This document shows, piece by piece, positions 8,147 to 18,600 of a stretch of DNA of 64,000 nt. A model generated the notes under the pieces. The model worked only from the letters and a program-made list of their open reading frames with translations, ran no database searches and was not told the origin of the DNA. Source of the DNA: a virus; IMG/VR virus record IMGVR_UViG_3300029188_000196, positions 2,329 to 66,328 of that record. One strand, given 5' to 3'. How positions within the stretch are numbered: position 1 is the stretch's first letter; every line of letters begins with the position of its first letter. The position numbers were made by a program, and so were the translations under genes.

Positions 8147-10415
8147 TTACACAGCATCTTTACGCTCACGCTTTGCAGCCATCGTCAGGTATCGGCGGTA
8201 CTGAATGCTGAATCCATAAACCTTATACGGAGCATCCACATACTCAACCGTGCCATCCATATTGCACCGCTTGAAACCTCGGAAGCTGTTCAGCGTCCGG
8301 CGGTTTCCAACCGTAGTAAGGGTCACACCGAAGGTCGTCTTGAACTCGACCACATCTCCTTTGACCGTTTCCTTTTCAATGAAAGCACAGTAGATGCCCT
8401 TTTCAAAATGAAGCAGGTCGGGAGCCTCGGCAATCAGCTCCGGTGTAAGTTTCAGGCTACGCTTACGAGTACTCGTAGGGTTGCCATCTTCATCCCTATA
8501 TGCACTACTCTGAACATTCAGCCCATATACCTTCAGAGGCATACCTGCCGTGTTCTGTTCAGGAAGCTGTTTCAGGCAGTCGATGAAGACATCGAAGTTC
8601 TTCTTCATGTTTCCGAGTTCTCCCTGTTCGTTTTCCAGCATACTGCGCTCTTTTCGCAGGTCATCCATACGCTTCCGAATCTCATTTGCAAGCGTGTTAT
8701 AGGTTTCGACCACAGAACCTTCCTCGACATCGATGCTGTACATTCTCGTTCCAAGGTCACTGGCTGTCAGTCCATTGCGGATGTCCATTTCAAGGTCACC
8801 AATGGAAAGGTCACCGTTTGCAATGGCTTCTTTTAAATTCTCGTTCTGCTCCATCGCCGCCTCACGCATTGCAACCACCTGTTTACCGATGATTTCATTC
8901 AGTTTGACTTCCAATTCTTTCACCTGATCGTCCAGAGCTTCGATACGCTGAGCAGAAACTGCACTGTTTTTCACTTTCCGGTAAAACTTGTCGTAGGCAG
9001 CCTTAAACATCCGGACGATATCCGAACCATCACCTTTTGTCTCGTAGTCATACTTTAGTCGGTAGAGCATTTCCATGAAGCTCTGTTCCAAAGCGACCTC
9101 ATGGTAGAGTATGGTAGAGTTCGGAAGGACACCGCTCCTCGGCGGCTTCCCGTTCCGCATCTGTCATCCGCCCCAGTTTGCTGCGGCAGTATTTCTTCTG
9201 GTCAAGAGTTCCAGTCTTGGGTTCTTCCCCTTCCCGTACTCCGGCTTTCCTCTTACAACGCCAGACCGGGAATGCAAAAGTGTACTTCTCCAGATATTCA
9301 CCGCCGTCCTCACCTGTTGCCTGCAAACTCCGCTCATCCGTATAGCCAGATGCCACGTTCGTGTAGGTGAGGCGGAAGAATCCGGCACCGCACTCTTCTC
9401 CATCCGGCAAATGCGTTCCACAGACAAGGTTTACAAAGGGACGTTTCACAATGGTCTTCTTCTCTTTGGTCTTGATGTCTCCCCGGTTGGGTTTGTTGTA
9501 CATCATGGCCTGTACTTTATCCCAAGTCAGACGGTCGATGATTGCGACATGATGGTTTTCGATATAGTAGCGAGGTGCTTCACCACTGTTCTTTGAAGAC
9601 CGATGGGTTAGGAAGTCTTTTGTGATGGTCTTCTGCATCTCAATGTCGCCCACATACTTCTCATTCCGAAGAATGATCATAACGGAACCAGCTGCCCATT
9701 TCTTTCCGTTTACTGTCGGCCGCCCCATCTCATTCAATTCTGCCGCGATTTTAGTGGCGGACAGTCCCAGCAGATACCGCTCAAAGATGTAGCGGACGGT
9801 GGCCGCCTGATCGGAGTTGATGATCCATTCACCATCCGGACCCATATCGTAGCCAATCATGCGCTTCAGATTGATCTGCGGACTGCCGCGCTGGAACTTG
9901 CGCTGGAGTGCCCAGCGGATGTTGTCCGAAATGGAGCGGCTTTCGTCTTGCGCCAGAGCCGAAAGAATGGTCAAAATCAATTCACCAGTTGCATCCAGCG
10001 TATCGATATTCTCTTTTTCAAAGAAAACGCCCACCGGAGGATTGAGCTGTCGAAGCTCACGGATACAAGTTAGTGTATCAACCGTGTTACGGGCAAAACG
10101 GGAAATGGACTTCGATACGATATAATCGATTCTTCCTGCCTTGGCATCATCCATCATGCGGTTGAACTCCACGCGGTGCGCACGGCTCGTGCCGGACAAT
10201 GCTTCGTCCGCATAGATGCCAGCGAAACGCCAGCCCGGTTTGCTGGTGATGAAACTCGTATAAAAAGCTTTCTGGGTCGTATAGGAAGTCTGCTGACTTT
10301 CATCTCCCGTGGAAACACGGCAGTAGGCAGCCACACGGATGTTGTTCTGCATCTTCAACTGACCGCCATTTTGCACAGAGCGTTTGGTTGCCGGAATAAT
10401 AGAAACATTTGCCAT
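8147..10415 (-). pseudogene. Large serine recombinase disrupted by a frameshift (10-bp tandem duplication)
   Basis: An N-terminal ORF (9099..10415; 'VAAYCRVSTGDE...SKSISRFARN') and a C-terminal ORF (8147..9160; coiled-coil and C-terminal domain) sit in frames that differ by +1. Deleting one copy of ATGGTAGAGT at 9101-9120 restores a single reading frame of about 755 aa ('...CPSELYHEVALEQSF...'), matching the neighbouring intact paralog. Confidence 0.8.
9101..9120. repeat. Perfect 10-bp tandem duplication (ATGGTAGAGT x2) causing the recombinase frameshift
   Basis: Read directly from the sequence. Confidence 0.9.
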
Positions 10416-10429
10416 AGTGCTTTCTCCTC

Positions 10430-12661
10430 TCATTTTATAAACCGTTTCCGGTATGCGTTATCCCGCATGACCTGTCCATCATAGTAGCTGGCGGTATTGC
10501 GGAAGTCTTCAATATTGCTGTCCATCTCCACTTTTGTTCGAGTGTCATCGAACCAATGAACACTGTACTTCAGCGGAGAGTAAACCGTGATGGACAGGAT
10601 GAACGCTTTGCAGTGTTCCCCTGTCAATCCATTCAAGAATGCTACGGTTCCCTCTCGGCCCTTGGGAAGCTGTCTCATCCACTGCACCGCTTCTTCTCTG
10701 CGGTCGTAGTCATCTTCCAGCTCATCCCAGTAGTCTTCCAGATAATCGAGCTTGTCCTCCAGCTTCTGGGCTTCGGTCTCATCCTGCTCTATCCGTTTTC
10801 TCAACCGCTCGATTTCCTCTTTTCGCTCAGTCAGGGCCGCTTCATCTATCGTTTCATCTCCAAGCAAGTCCCGCCGGGTCTCCATCGCATCTTTCTGGCT
10901 TTGAAGAAGGCTCATTCTCTTATGGGCAGCTTCTGCGTCTTTCTGGAGTGCGATGATTTGCTTTTTGTAGAAACAACGGTCACGCTCCATGAAGTCAATC
11001 TTCTGCAGGTTTTCAAGCCGTGCCTGCATCTGAATCACAAAGTCATCGGCCTCATGAGTAAGAAAGTCGGTATTCTCTGCGTACCGTCCGCTCATAATGT
11101 CTGCCACGCTCACATCATCCCGAATGGGGGCGCTCGACAACTGGAAGCGTTCTATCACGGCCCTGCGGATAACACGGACAATCTGCTCTTCGTAGACACT
11201 TTCGGCATGGCAGATGCTCTTTCCATTGTTCTGCTTCGCCGAAGGGCAAAACCATATAGGATTCAGATTTCTATTTCTTACATTGAAAAATCGTCCGCAG
11301 CTTCCGCAGATAAGCCGTCCTGAAAAAGCCCACTGTGTTTTTTCCTCTCTCTTGTGCGAATCCGATTTTGCATTGACGATCTTTTGCACCTTTTCAAACA
11401 GTTCCCTGCTCACAATCGCTGGATGATGGTCTTTAATGTAGTACTGCTGAACTTCACCTTTGTTTTTCCGCACTTCATGCGACAGATAGTCAGCAGTATA
11501 GCTTTTCTGTACCAGAACATCTCCAGTATACCGTTCATTGCGAATCATCCCAGCAATCCGACCGTTTGTCCATCCGGTGTCAAGCTCGCTGTTAAGCTGA
11601 CCTTTCTTGGATTTGACCTTGCGCAACTTCTGTGCACTGCTCTCCGGAGCAGGAATGTGCTCACGGTTCAATTTCCTTGCGATGTCTGCAAACGAGAACC
11701 CTTCTGCGACCTCTTGGAAGATGCGCCGGATAACTACAGCTTCCTCCTTAACGATTTCAACTGCCTTATACTTGTAGCCGCTTTCGCTGGTAATCATCTC
11801 ACCATTGTAGCGGTATCCATAGATGTCAACATTCCGCACATCTCCACGCTTAAAGCGCATCTTATTGCCAAGGTTGATGTTGCCGGAGATGCTTCGGCTT
11901 TCCTCTTGCGCAATAGCCCCCAGTGTAGTAAGGATGAATTCACTGGTCGGGTCTGCTGTATCGAGATTTTCTTTCTCGAATAGAATCGTCACATTGTTTT
12001 CTCGAAGCAAATCCAGTGCCATCATAAAATCAGCCGTATTTCGGGCGAATCTCGAAATCGACTTGCAAATCACGCGGTCGATTTTCCCTGCCTTGCAATG
12101 CCGAAGCAGTCTGCGGAAGCCGGTACGCTTTTCACTGTTCGTGCCAGAGATACCATAGTCCGAATATACACCGATGGGATTCCACTCAGGGTTGGCTTCA
12201 ATCAGCTGGTTAAAGTACCGTTCCTGCGTTTCATAGGAGTTTTCCTGGTCAGATGAATCCGTTGAAACACGGATATAAGCGGCAACATTCAGCGTTCCAG
12301 TCTTCTGCTTCGTTGCACGGAAGCTCTCAGCAGAGATGAAATCACCCGGTTTTGCTTCATATACCAATTCCTGAGAGGGCTCATCACTCCTCTCAACCGG
12401 AATCGTAATGTCCTGCCGTACCACGGCGGCCTTCTTTGTGGTGACTGCTTGGTCGATGAACGCCTGCAATGCGGGGTCAACTTTCTTTTTTTGTTGAGTA
12501 GACTTGTCTTTCGTCTGATTTTTCTTGGGTGAAAAAAGAACCGCAGCGGAACCCAGTTCAGGCAGGTTCACAGCTGCGGTCTTGTTAGATGTCTTTGGCT
12601 GTACCGACTTTTCTTCAGTCATCTTCTGCAATTTTGCCAAGAAATCAGTTGTTGTACTCAT
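10430..12661 (-). CDS. Large serine recombinase (integrase) with about 125-aa N-terminal extension
   Basis: 'LNVAAYIRVSTDSSDQ...CKSISRFARNTADF' catalytic domain, recombinase domain, zinc ribbon 'CGSCGRFF', coiled coil. AAAGGAGAG RBS precedes the first ATG, so the Lys/Thr/Gln-rich extension is translated. Its stop overlaps the start of the next recombinase (ATGA). Confidence 0.9.
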   Translation of the reverse strand: MSTTTDFLAKLQKMTEEKSVQPKTSNKTAAVNLPELGSAAVLFSPKKNQTKDKSTQQKKKVDPALQAFIDQAVTTKKAAVVRQDITIPVERSDEPSQELVYEAKPGDFISAESFRATKQKTGTLNVAAYIRVSTDSSDQENSYETQERYFNQLIEANPEWNPIGVYSDYGISGTNSEKRTGFRRLLRHCKAGKIDRVICKSISRFARNTADFMMALDLLRENNVTILFEKENLDTADPTSEFILTTLGAIAQEESRSISGNINLGNKMRFKRGDVRNVDIYGYRYNGEMITSESGYKYKAVEIVKEEAVVIRRIFQEVAEGFSFADIARKLNREHIPAPESSAQKLRKVKSKKGQLNSELDTGWTNGRIAGMIRNERYTGDVLVQKSYTADYLSHEVRKNKGEVQQYYIKDHHPAIVSRELFEKVQKIVNAKSDSHKREEKTQWAFSGRLICGSCGRFFNVRNRNLNPIWFCPSAKQNNGKSICHAESVYEEQIVRVIRRAVIERFQLSSAPIRDDVSVADIMSGRYAENTDFLTHEADDFVIQMQARLENLQKIDFMERDRCFYKKQIIALQKDAEAAHKRMSLLQSQKDAMETRRDLLGDETIDEAALTERKEEIERLRKRIEQDETEAQKLEDKLDYLEDYWDELEDDYDRREEAVQWMRQLPKGREGTVAFLNGLTGEHCKAFILSITVYSPLKYSVHWFDDTRTKVEMDSNIEDFRNTASYYDGQVMRDNAYRKRFIK

Positions 12662-12828
12662 AATTCTACTCTCCTTTCTGCCCTTTATTTCCTTTGGGCA
12701 GTCACATATTCCCTCTGTTTCGTGATATTATCAAGTAAATTTGGCGCAGAAAAACGGAGAATAATCTGTCGGATTATTGTCTTTTCTGCACGATATGTAC
12801 TCCCCGCCCAATAAGGACGGGGACAGAC

Positions 12829-14283
12829 TCAGATACGAGTCACAAGGTCGAGCGAGATCCAGCCTGCACCGGATTTCAGCTTGCCCCAGCCTTTCGTGGA
12901 ACCAACGCCAGTAGATTCTGCCACAATGGTGAATACACCCTTTCTGGTGTACTGCCCGGTCTTTGCATAGTTCGTGCCCGGACCTTTGCGGATGTTGAGG
13001 TCGCTGACGGACACACGGACTGCATACGGAACAGAGGACTTCTGCTCCGGATAGACCGCCTTGCCCGCCGGGTCAAACACACAGTAGCCCGGATTGGCAT
13101 CCGCACACTGCTTTGCGTTGGCGAGGTCACGGAACGCCCCCTTCTGGGATGCAGCGTTCTGCCAGCTCTTACGCACACGATACCATCCGGAAATCGTAGT
13201 GTCGGTGGTGGAATTGAACTTCGTCAGATTCCATTGCTCGATGATGCTGCAAAGGTTTTGTACATAGTCATGACTGGTAGCGTAACCACCATCCTTGATG
13301 ATTTGTGCGGCCTTCTTGTAATCGGTACAGCCAGCCAGACTCTCATAGCGTTTCTTGCTGCCATTCATCGCACCGAGCAGATACGCCGCATGGTCGGCAA
13401 TAGAGTCCTCGACACAAGTGTACTTACGGAAATCAGCATTGAACATCACATAGCTTCCTTCTGCATTCTGTTCCTGCGTTTTCTTGGTGTAGACGGACTT
13501 GCCATCCCACACAGAGTTCGGCCAGCTGTTCCCGGAAAGGCTGGTCTTCATACCAAAGCAGTTGTTCGCCTTTCGTGCCAGTTCGGAAGAACCGTAGCTG
13601 GATTCCAGAATGAACTGCGCCATCGACACACAGGCGAGGATGCCAGTGGTTTTCTGGTTTGCAGTAAACAGCGGACCGATTTTGGCTACCGTCTCCGCTC
13701 TAGTAAGATTTTCCAAGTCAGCCGCCTGCAAGCCGGGAGAATCATTCAGGGCAGCTGTAACCTTTTCGGCCAGATCCCCAAGACGAGCATACAGCCAGTC
13801 GCCGGGGCAGCTTTTATTTGCATACCAGCGATGGACCGTCAGTACCATCTCATCCGACGCAGGTGCGTAATTGAGAGTTTTATTCTTGTCGCCAAGCCAT
13901 AAAAGTTTCCGCTTGCCATTGCGCTGGCAAATGTCAGTGCAGAGTTTGATGAGCGAGGCATACACGGCACTGTTCATGGCATACGGCTCGCTCTTATCGC
14001 TTGCACACTCAATCGTGATGGCGCGCTGGTCATTGGCATTGCTGGACGAACACCAGCTGCGGTTTTTCTCTTCTACGCAAAGAGAGATTTTCCCGTCTTT
14101 GCCAATACCATAGTTACAGCTTGCCTGACGGCTCGTGCTTGCAAAGCATCCGCAGATACTTTCCGCAGAAAGCTGACCGACCACACAATGCGGAGTGATA
14201 CGGTCAATGCTGTGGGTGCGCTGCCCGGAATGATTCGGACTGAGTTTGGTGTAGGACACCAGAGGGCTATTGGAATAAGCCAT
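12829..14283 (-). CDS. Endolysin: N-acetylmuramoyl-L-alanine amidase (Amidase_2/PGRP) + glucosaminidase + ~50-aa module + SH3b
   Basis: 'HSIDRITPHCVVGQ' amidase_2 region. 'MAQFILESSYGSSELARKANNCFGMK' mannosyl-glycoprotein endo-beta-N-acetylglucosaminidase motif. C-terminal SH3-like 'VRVSVSDLNIRKGPGTNYAKTGQY...GWGKL'. Start at 14283, preceded by AAAGGAG. Confidence 0.85.
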   Translation of the reverse strand: MAYSNSPLVSYTKLSPNHSGQRTHSIDRITPHCVVGQLSAESICGCFASTSRQASCNYGIGKDGKISLCVEEKNRSWCSSSNANDQRAITIECASDKSEPYAMNSAVYASLIKLCTDICQRNGKRKLLWLGDKNKTLNYAPASDEMVLTVHRWYANKSCPGDWLYARLGDLAEKVTAALNDSPGLQAADLENLTRAETVAKIGPLFTANQKTTGILACVSMAQFILESSYGSSELARKANNCFGMKTSLSGNSWPNSVWDGKSVYTKKTQEQNAEGSYVMFNADFRKYTCVEDSIADHAAYLLGAMNGSKKRYESLAGCTDYKKAAQIIKDGGYATSHDYVQNLCSIIEQWNLTKFNSTTDTTISGWYRVRKSWQNAASQKGAFRDLANAKQCADANPGYCVFDPAGKAVYPEQKSSVPYAVRVSVSDLNIRKGPGTNYAKTGQYTRKGVFTIVAESTGVGSTKGWGKLKSGAGWISLDLVTRI

Positions 14284-14356
14284 TTCACACACTCCTTTAT
14301 AATAAGGAAAGGCCCGGACCACTCCGAGCCTTTATGGGTTGATTACTTCTTTGTGT

Positions 14357-15064
14357 TTAGGGAATCAGCAATTTCATACCGACACGGATGGCATTGGAAG
14401 TCAGACCGTTCAGGGTACGGATATCCGCACAGCGACTTCCATCTCCCAGTTCCTCCTTGGCAATCTTCCAGAGGTTGTCACCGGGCTGGACGGTATAGGT
14501 CTTGCTGGCCGTGAATGCGTAGGTGTCTGCACTGTTCAGGACATATGCCACGCCATCTTCTGCTTCCGCACACTTGATCTTCAGCCAGCCATCACAGAAC
14601 TGGATGATCTCTACAAGGGTGTTTTTCTTATAGACCGTCACGATCTCCGCACTGGTATCCGGTTTTTTGCGGATGTTCATGAGGGTCTTGAGCTTGCCAT
14701 AGGCAATGGTAGCCGGAAGTTCTTCTGCGGTCGGAAACTCGGTCTCGTCCACATCAGCCTCGGCTTTCTCCTCTGCCAAATCATCCGTCTTCGGCTGTTC
14801 CTCTACATCAGGTTCTTTCTCTTCCTGCTCGTCCAGAACCGGCTGTTCCTCGCTCTCCTCTGCTCCGGTGACAGGCACAGCCTCCTCCGGGTAGATCACA
14901 TTGCCGTCGTTGTCGAACACACGGCTGCCGGGATTCTCATCACACTTGGCTTTTGCGTTCGCCAACAGACGGTACGCGCCCAGCTGAGATGCTTCATCCT
15001 CCCAGTCCATGCGCACGCGATAGTAACCGGTCGTCAGTTTTGCAGGATAATTGTTCTTACTCAT
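14357..15064 (-). CDS. Cell-wall-binding protein (shared ~50-aa module + acidic linker + SH3-like + LysM) with no catalytic domain
   Basis: N-terminal 'TGYYRVRMDWEDEASQLGAYRLLANAKAKCDENPGSRVFD' is paralogous to a segment of the endolysin. C-terminal LysM 'YTVQPGDNLWKIAKEELGDGSRCADIRTLNGL'. GGAGG RBS 8 nt before the ATG at 15064. Confidence 0.65.
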   Translation of the reverse strand: MSKNNYPAKLTTGYYRVRMDWEDEASQLGAYRLLANAKAKCDENPGSRVFDNDGNVIYPEEAVPVTGAEESEEQPVLDEQEEKEPDVEEQPKTDDLAEEKAEADVDETEFPTAEELPATIAYGKLKTLMNIRKKPDTSAEIVTVYKKNTLVEIIQFCDGWLKIKCAEAEDGVAYVLNSADTYAFTASKTYTVQPGDNLWKIAKEELGDGSRCADIRTLNGLTSNAIRVGMKLLIP

Positions 15065-15116
15065 AGCACTTGCCTCCATAAAATGTGGGAGGGGCCGTTA
15101 CACCCCTCCCGGTTGC

Positions 15117-15560
15117 TCACTGTTTCTTCTCTTCGCTGGTTTTACCGTTCAGTTTAGCCGCATGATTCTCATCCACAAGCTGAATGAGCATGGCTTTCAA
15201 CTTCTCCGGCACAGGGAGTCCGATCACAGCACAGTTCTCCAGAATAGAAAGGCCCTCGTTAGAGATTGCCCAGAAAATCAGAGCAGTTCGGAGTGCTGCG
15301 CCCTCGCCGATGATCTGCGTATCGATCACACTGGAGATACCAACAAGGATGAAGATGCATACCTTCTTGGCGATACCCTTAAACCCGACCTCAGAAGACA
15401 GCTCATGTCGCACGGCCGCTGCAAGCACCCCAGTGAAATAATCACAGGTCACAAAAACAACCAGCGCATAAAAGAAGCCGTCAAAACCGCCGAAGAACCA
15501 GCCCAGGAATGCACCCATACCTGCAAACATCAGCTCTAACTTATCGATCACATTCTGCAT
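15117..15560 (-). CDS. Holin (TcdE/phage_holin_4-like, three predicted TMs)
   Basis: 147 aa with hydrophobic segments 'FAGMGAFLGWFFGGF', 'ALVVFVTCDYFTGVLAA', 'VCIFILVGISSVI' and a charged C-terminus. Sits immediately upstream of the lysin genes. Confidence 0.75.
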   Translation of the reverse strand: MQNVIDKLELMFAGMGAFLGWFFGGFDGFFYALVVFVTCDYFTGVLAAAVRHELSSEVGFKGIAKKVCIFILVGISSVIDTQIIGEGAALRTALIFWAISNEGLSILENCAVIGLPVPEKLKAMLIQLVDENHAAKLNGKTSEEKKQ

Positions 15561-15690
15561 AATTCTTTCCTTTCCGCCCTCTTGAGGGCATAAAAATTGG
15601 GCGGCATTGCTGCCACCCTGTGTAACTGTCTGTCTATACTAAACACCGTGGAGCAGGAGCAAGGAACACCTCTGCCCTTTCGGTGGGAAT

Positions 15691-18600
15691 TTACGAGGAG
15701 CTATCTTCCGTCAGCCACGCGCGGATCTGACAGTAGTAACCATCTGCCCATGCCTGATAGCCTCTTGCGGAGGGATGGATGCTGTTCGTCAGCGTCCGGC
15801 TCGTTTCCGTGAAGCGGTTCGTTACAGGCTTGTCCGAATACGGGAATGCCAGACGGCGGTCAGTACGCAGACCGTGCGCAAAGCAGGTCACATTCTTATG
15901 GTACTTGCCAGCATCAAATGCTTTGATGAGTGCGAGATTGAGCGTGTTGATGCTCATATGGAAGATGCCCATGCTTGCACCGCACTGATAAGAATAATCC
16001 GAACCGGGACCACAAAGACCGATACCGATCTTGCAATTCGGGAAGCCCGTTTCCTTATCCAGCAGCGCATCGATGAACTGCTTTGCCTGATCCACGAACT
16101 TCTGTACCTCTGCTTCCGTGCGGTATAGTGTAGTGCCCTGCGATACATCATTGGTACCAAGTGCGATCAGGAAGTAGTCGATGCCCTCATAGCCGTTGGT
16201 CTCGCAATATTTCTGGAAGTCCAAACGGCCTTTGATCTTGTCCCAGAACGCATTCGTTTTGCCAGCGTAATCCGTGTCTGCCAGATACCGGGCAAATGTC
16301 CAGCTGCCGCGTCCTTCGTGTTTACCGCCTTCCGGTCCTCTCGTTCCCAGCGGATGGATCACGCAGTCATTATCCTCTGCCAGCAGACGGTACACTTCCG
16401 TTGCCACAGAACCATTGTCCACGAGAGAATCTCCACAGATGCAGATATTTTTCGTGAGCTTATCCTTCAGCTTATGGTGGACCCTGACCTGCACAGGTTT
16501 GGACGATACCGTATGGCAGTCTTCTTCATCCAAACGGCGGACGGTCAGTGCAAAATCCGTACTGTCCTTCGTCGGCGTGTAATTCATGCAATACTCGTTC
16601 CGGGTCAAGCTCGGTGCATTCGTGCCTCTGGCGAGCACATACAGATTTTCCTTGCCATCATGCCGGGAAAGACAGTCAAAGAAGATGGAAAGCTGGCGCC
16701 CTTCCATGCAGTCCCAGTGGGACGGGGTCACGATGTCATCTTCTACAGCCGGAGTAATAGCTCTCTGCACATAATCCGTGATACGCTTCGGGATAAAAGA
16801 CGCCTCGTTATCTGCGAACAGATTGCCCGCTTTGTATTCCTTACCGCCCACAATGAACTTCACATCCGGGTGAATGTGCGGATTATATAGCTTGCTCTGA
16901 TACCAGCTTGCAATATAGAAACCATTCGTTCCCAGCTTGCGGAACAGGCTGGTGTCGTACAGATTGATGGTTCTCGTGCCAGCGTCATAAGCAAGAATGC
17001 GCATCGGCATGCCAAATGTCGAGCTGGGTGTGTTAAACGCCATCTCTACCGGATCACCTGCCGTGATCCACTCATAGTGAAACGTATCCGGAACACCCAG
17101 ACACTTGGTACTGACCTGGATCGTACCGGCATTCTGGTCAATGGTAATACCGCCGCTTGCCAGATACATGTGACGGGAATCCTTACCGGCGAGATCCGTG
17201 CGGAGCTGCTGGAAGCGGTCCTCATACTTCTTTTCGATATAGGAATCACGCCGTTCCTCATCGAACAGCTCACCAGCCTTATAAGTCGTGCCATCCAGTA
17301 CAATGCTGAAAGAGGAACCCATGTGCGGATACCAGAAATGCTTTTCATACCAGGCAGCGATATAGTAGCCGTTTACTCCCAATGCACGGTACTGCGCAGT
17401 GTTGTAAAGATTGATCTGGTCCTTGGATGAGTCATAGGCAAGGATCAGCATATGATTCTTTTCCGCTTCCGTACTATCCAACATCGGCACCGGCTCCTCG
17501 CTAGCACTGATCCAGTAGTAAGCACCGTTATCAACCACCGCCAGGATACGTTTTGTGACCTGAATGGTGCGGTTGACCGTATCGATCGCAAACTGGCCCG
17601 TGGACAGGAACATCTTTGCTGAACGGTACTTGTGCTGGGTCATCGCAGTATTCGCAATTTTGGCTGGATTGCCATAATCGATCCCGTTGATGACTGTACC
17701 GCTACTCGAAGGAGCTGCATACACCACATTCCAGTCAAAAAAGACCGCAAAAACAAAGCGCCCCCTTGTGAATAGATCGCCCCAGCTATCGCCGCTCGTA
17801 TTTTCCACCTTAATGACCGGAACCTCTGTCTTTTCTCCCGTCTCGTCTGCGGATACTTCCGCACCATCATAGTAGATCGCCCACCATTTTCCCACCACCG
17901 CAAAGTCAGCCGAAATACTGTTTTCCGCCACCAGTTTCGTCTGCTCGTACTGTGTACCATTTGTACGGCGGCAGACATATACACTCTTTCCCTCCGGGAA
18001 TGTGACCGTCACCTTGCTGCCAGTGAGCCTGATGTCCACACTTCCGTTCATCCACTGCCATCCAGTTGCATAATTCGACAGTAATCTCAGCGGAAGCATG
18101 TTGTCATAAAGGTAAACAGAGAGCTTCGAGAACAGCTTTTCATTGGTGGTGACCGAAATAAATCGAGTGTTCGGAAGCAATGTGATCACATAGTTGTCAT
18201 AAACCTTGCCGCTCTCTGCCCGGAAACAGCCGCCAAGAAATTTGCGGTCCATGTCATAGCAGACCATGTTGTTGTAGTCGTCCCGGCCGCTCATATAGCC
18301 GAACTCACCATCTACCAGAATTGCTCCGCCACTAACAGGGACCATATATGCCGCCCGCCAGCCCTCAGAGGATGCCAACCTGCCATACTGGTTTACAAAA
18401 CCATTTTTGATTACCCAGTTCTTCATGATATTCTGCATGGAACGTACCCTGCCGATGGCACGGACATTCTCTCCAGCAGTACCATAGGTCTTCCCGGTGT
18501 TATCCACACGGGCATCTACCAGCTCCTGTGCATAGTTGGCATTTTTGTCCGTAGATGCCTTGACATTGGCATTGATCTGGGCTTTCAGCGTTTCTGCGGT

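Noticed and set aside
7991-8836. 281-aa plus-strand ORF
   Set aside because: It lies entirely antisense within the serine-recombinase pseudogene and has no RBS. It is a frame artefact of the coding strand.
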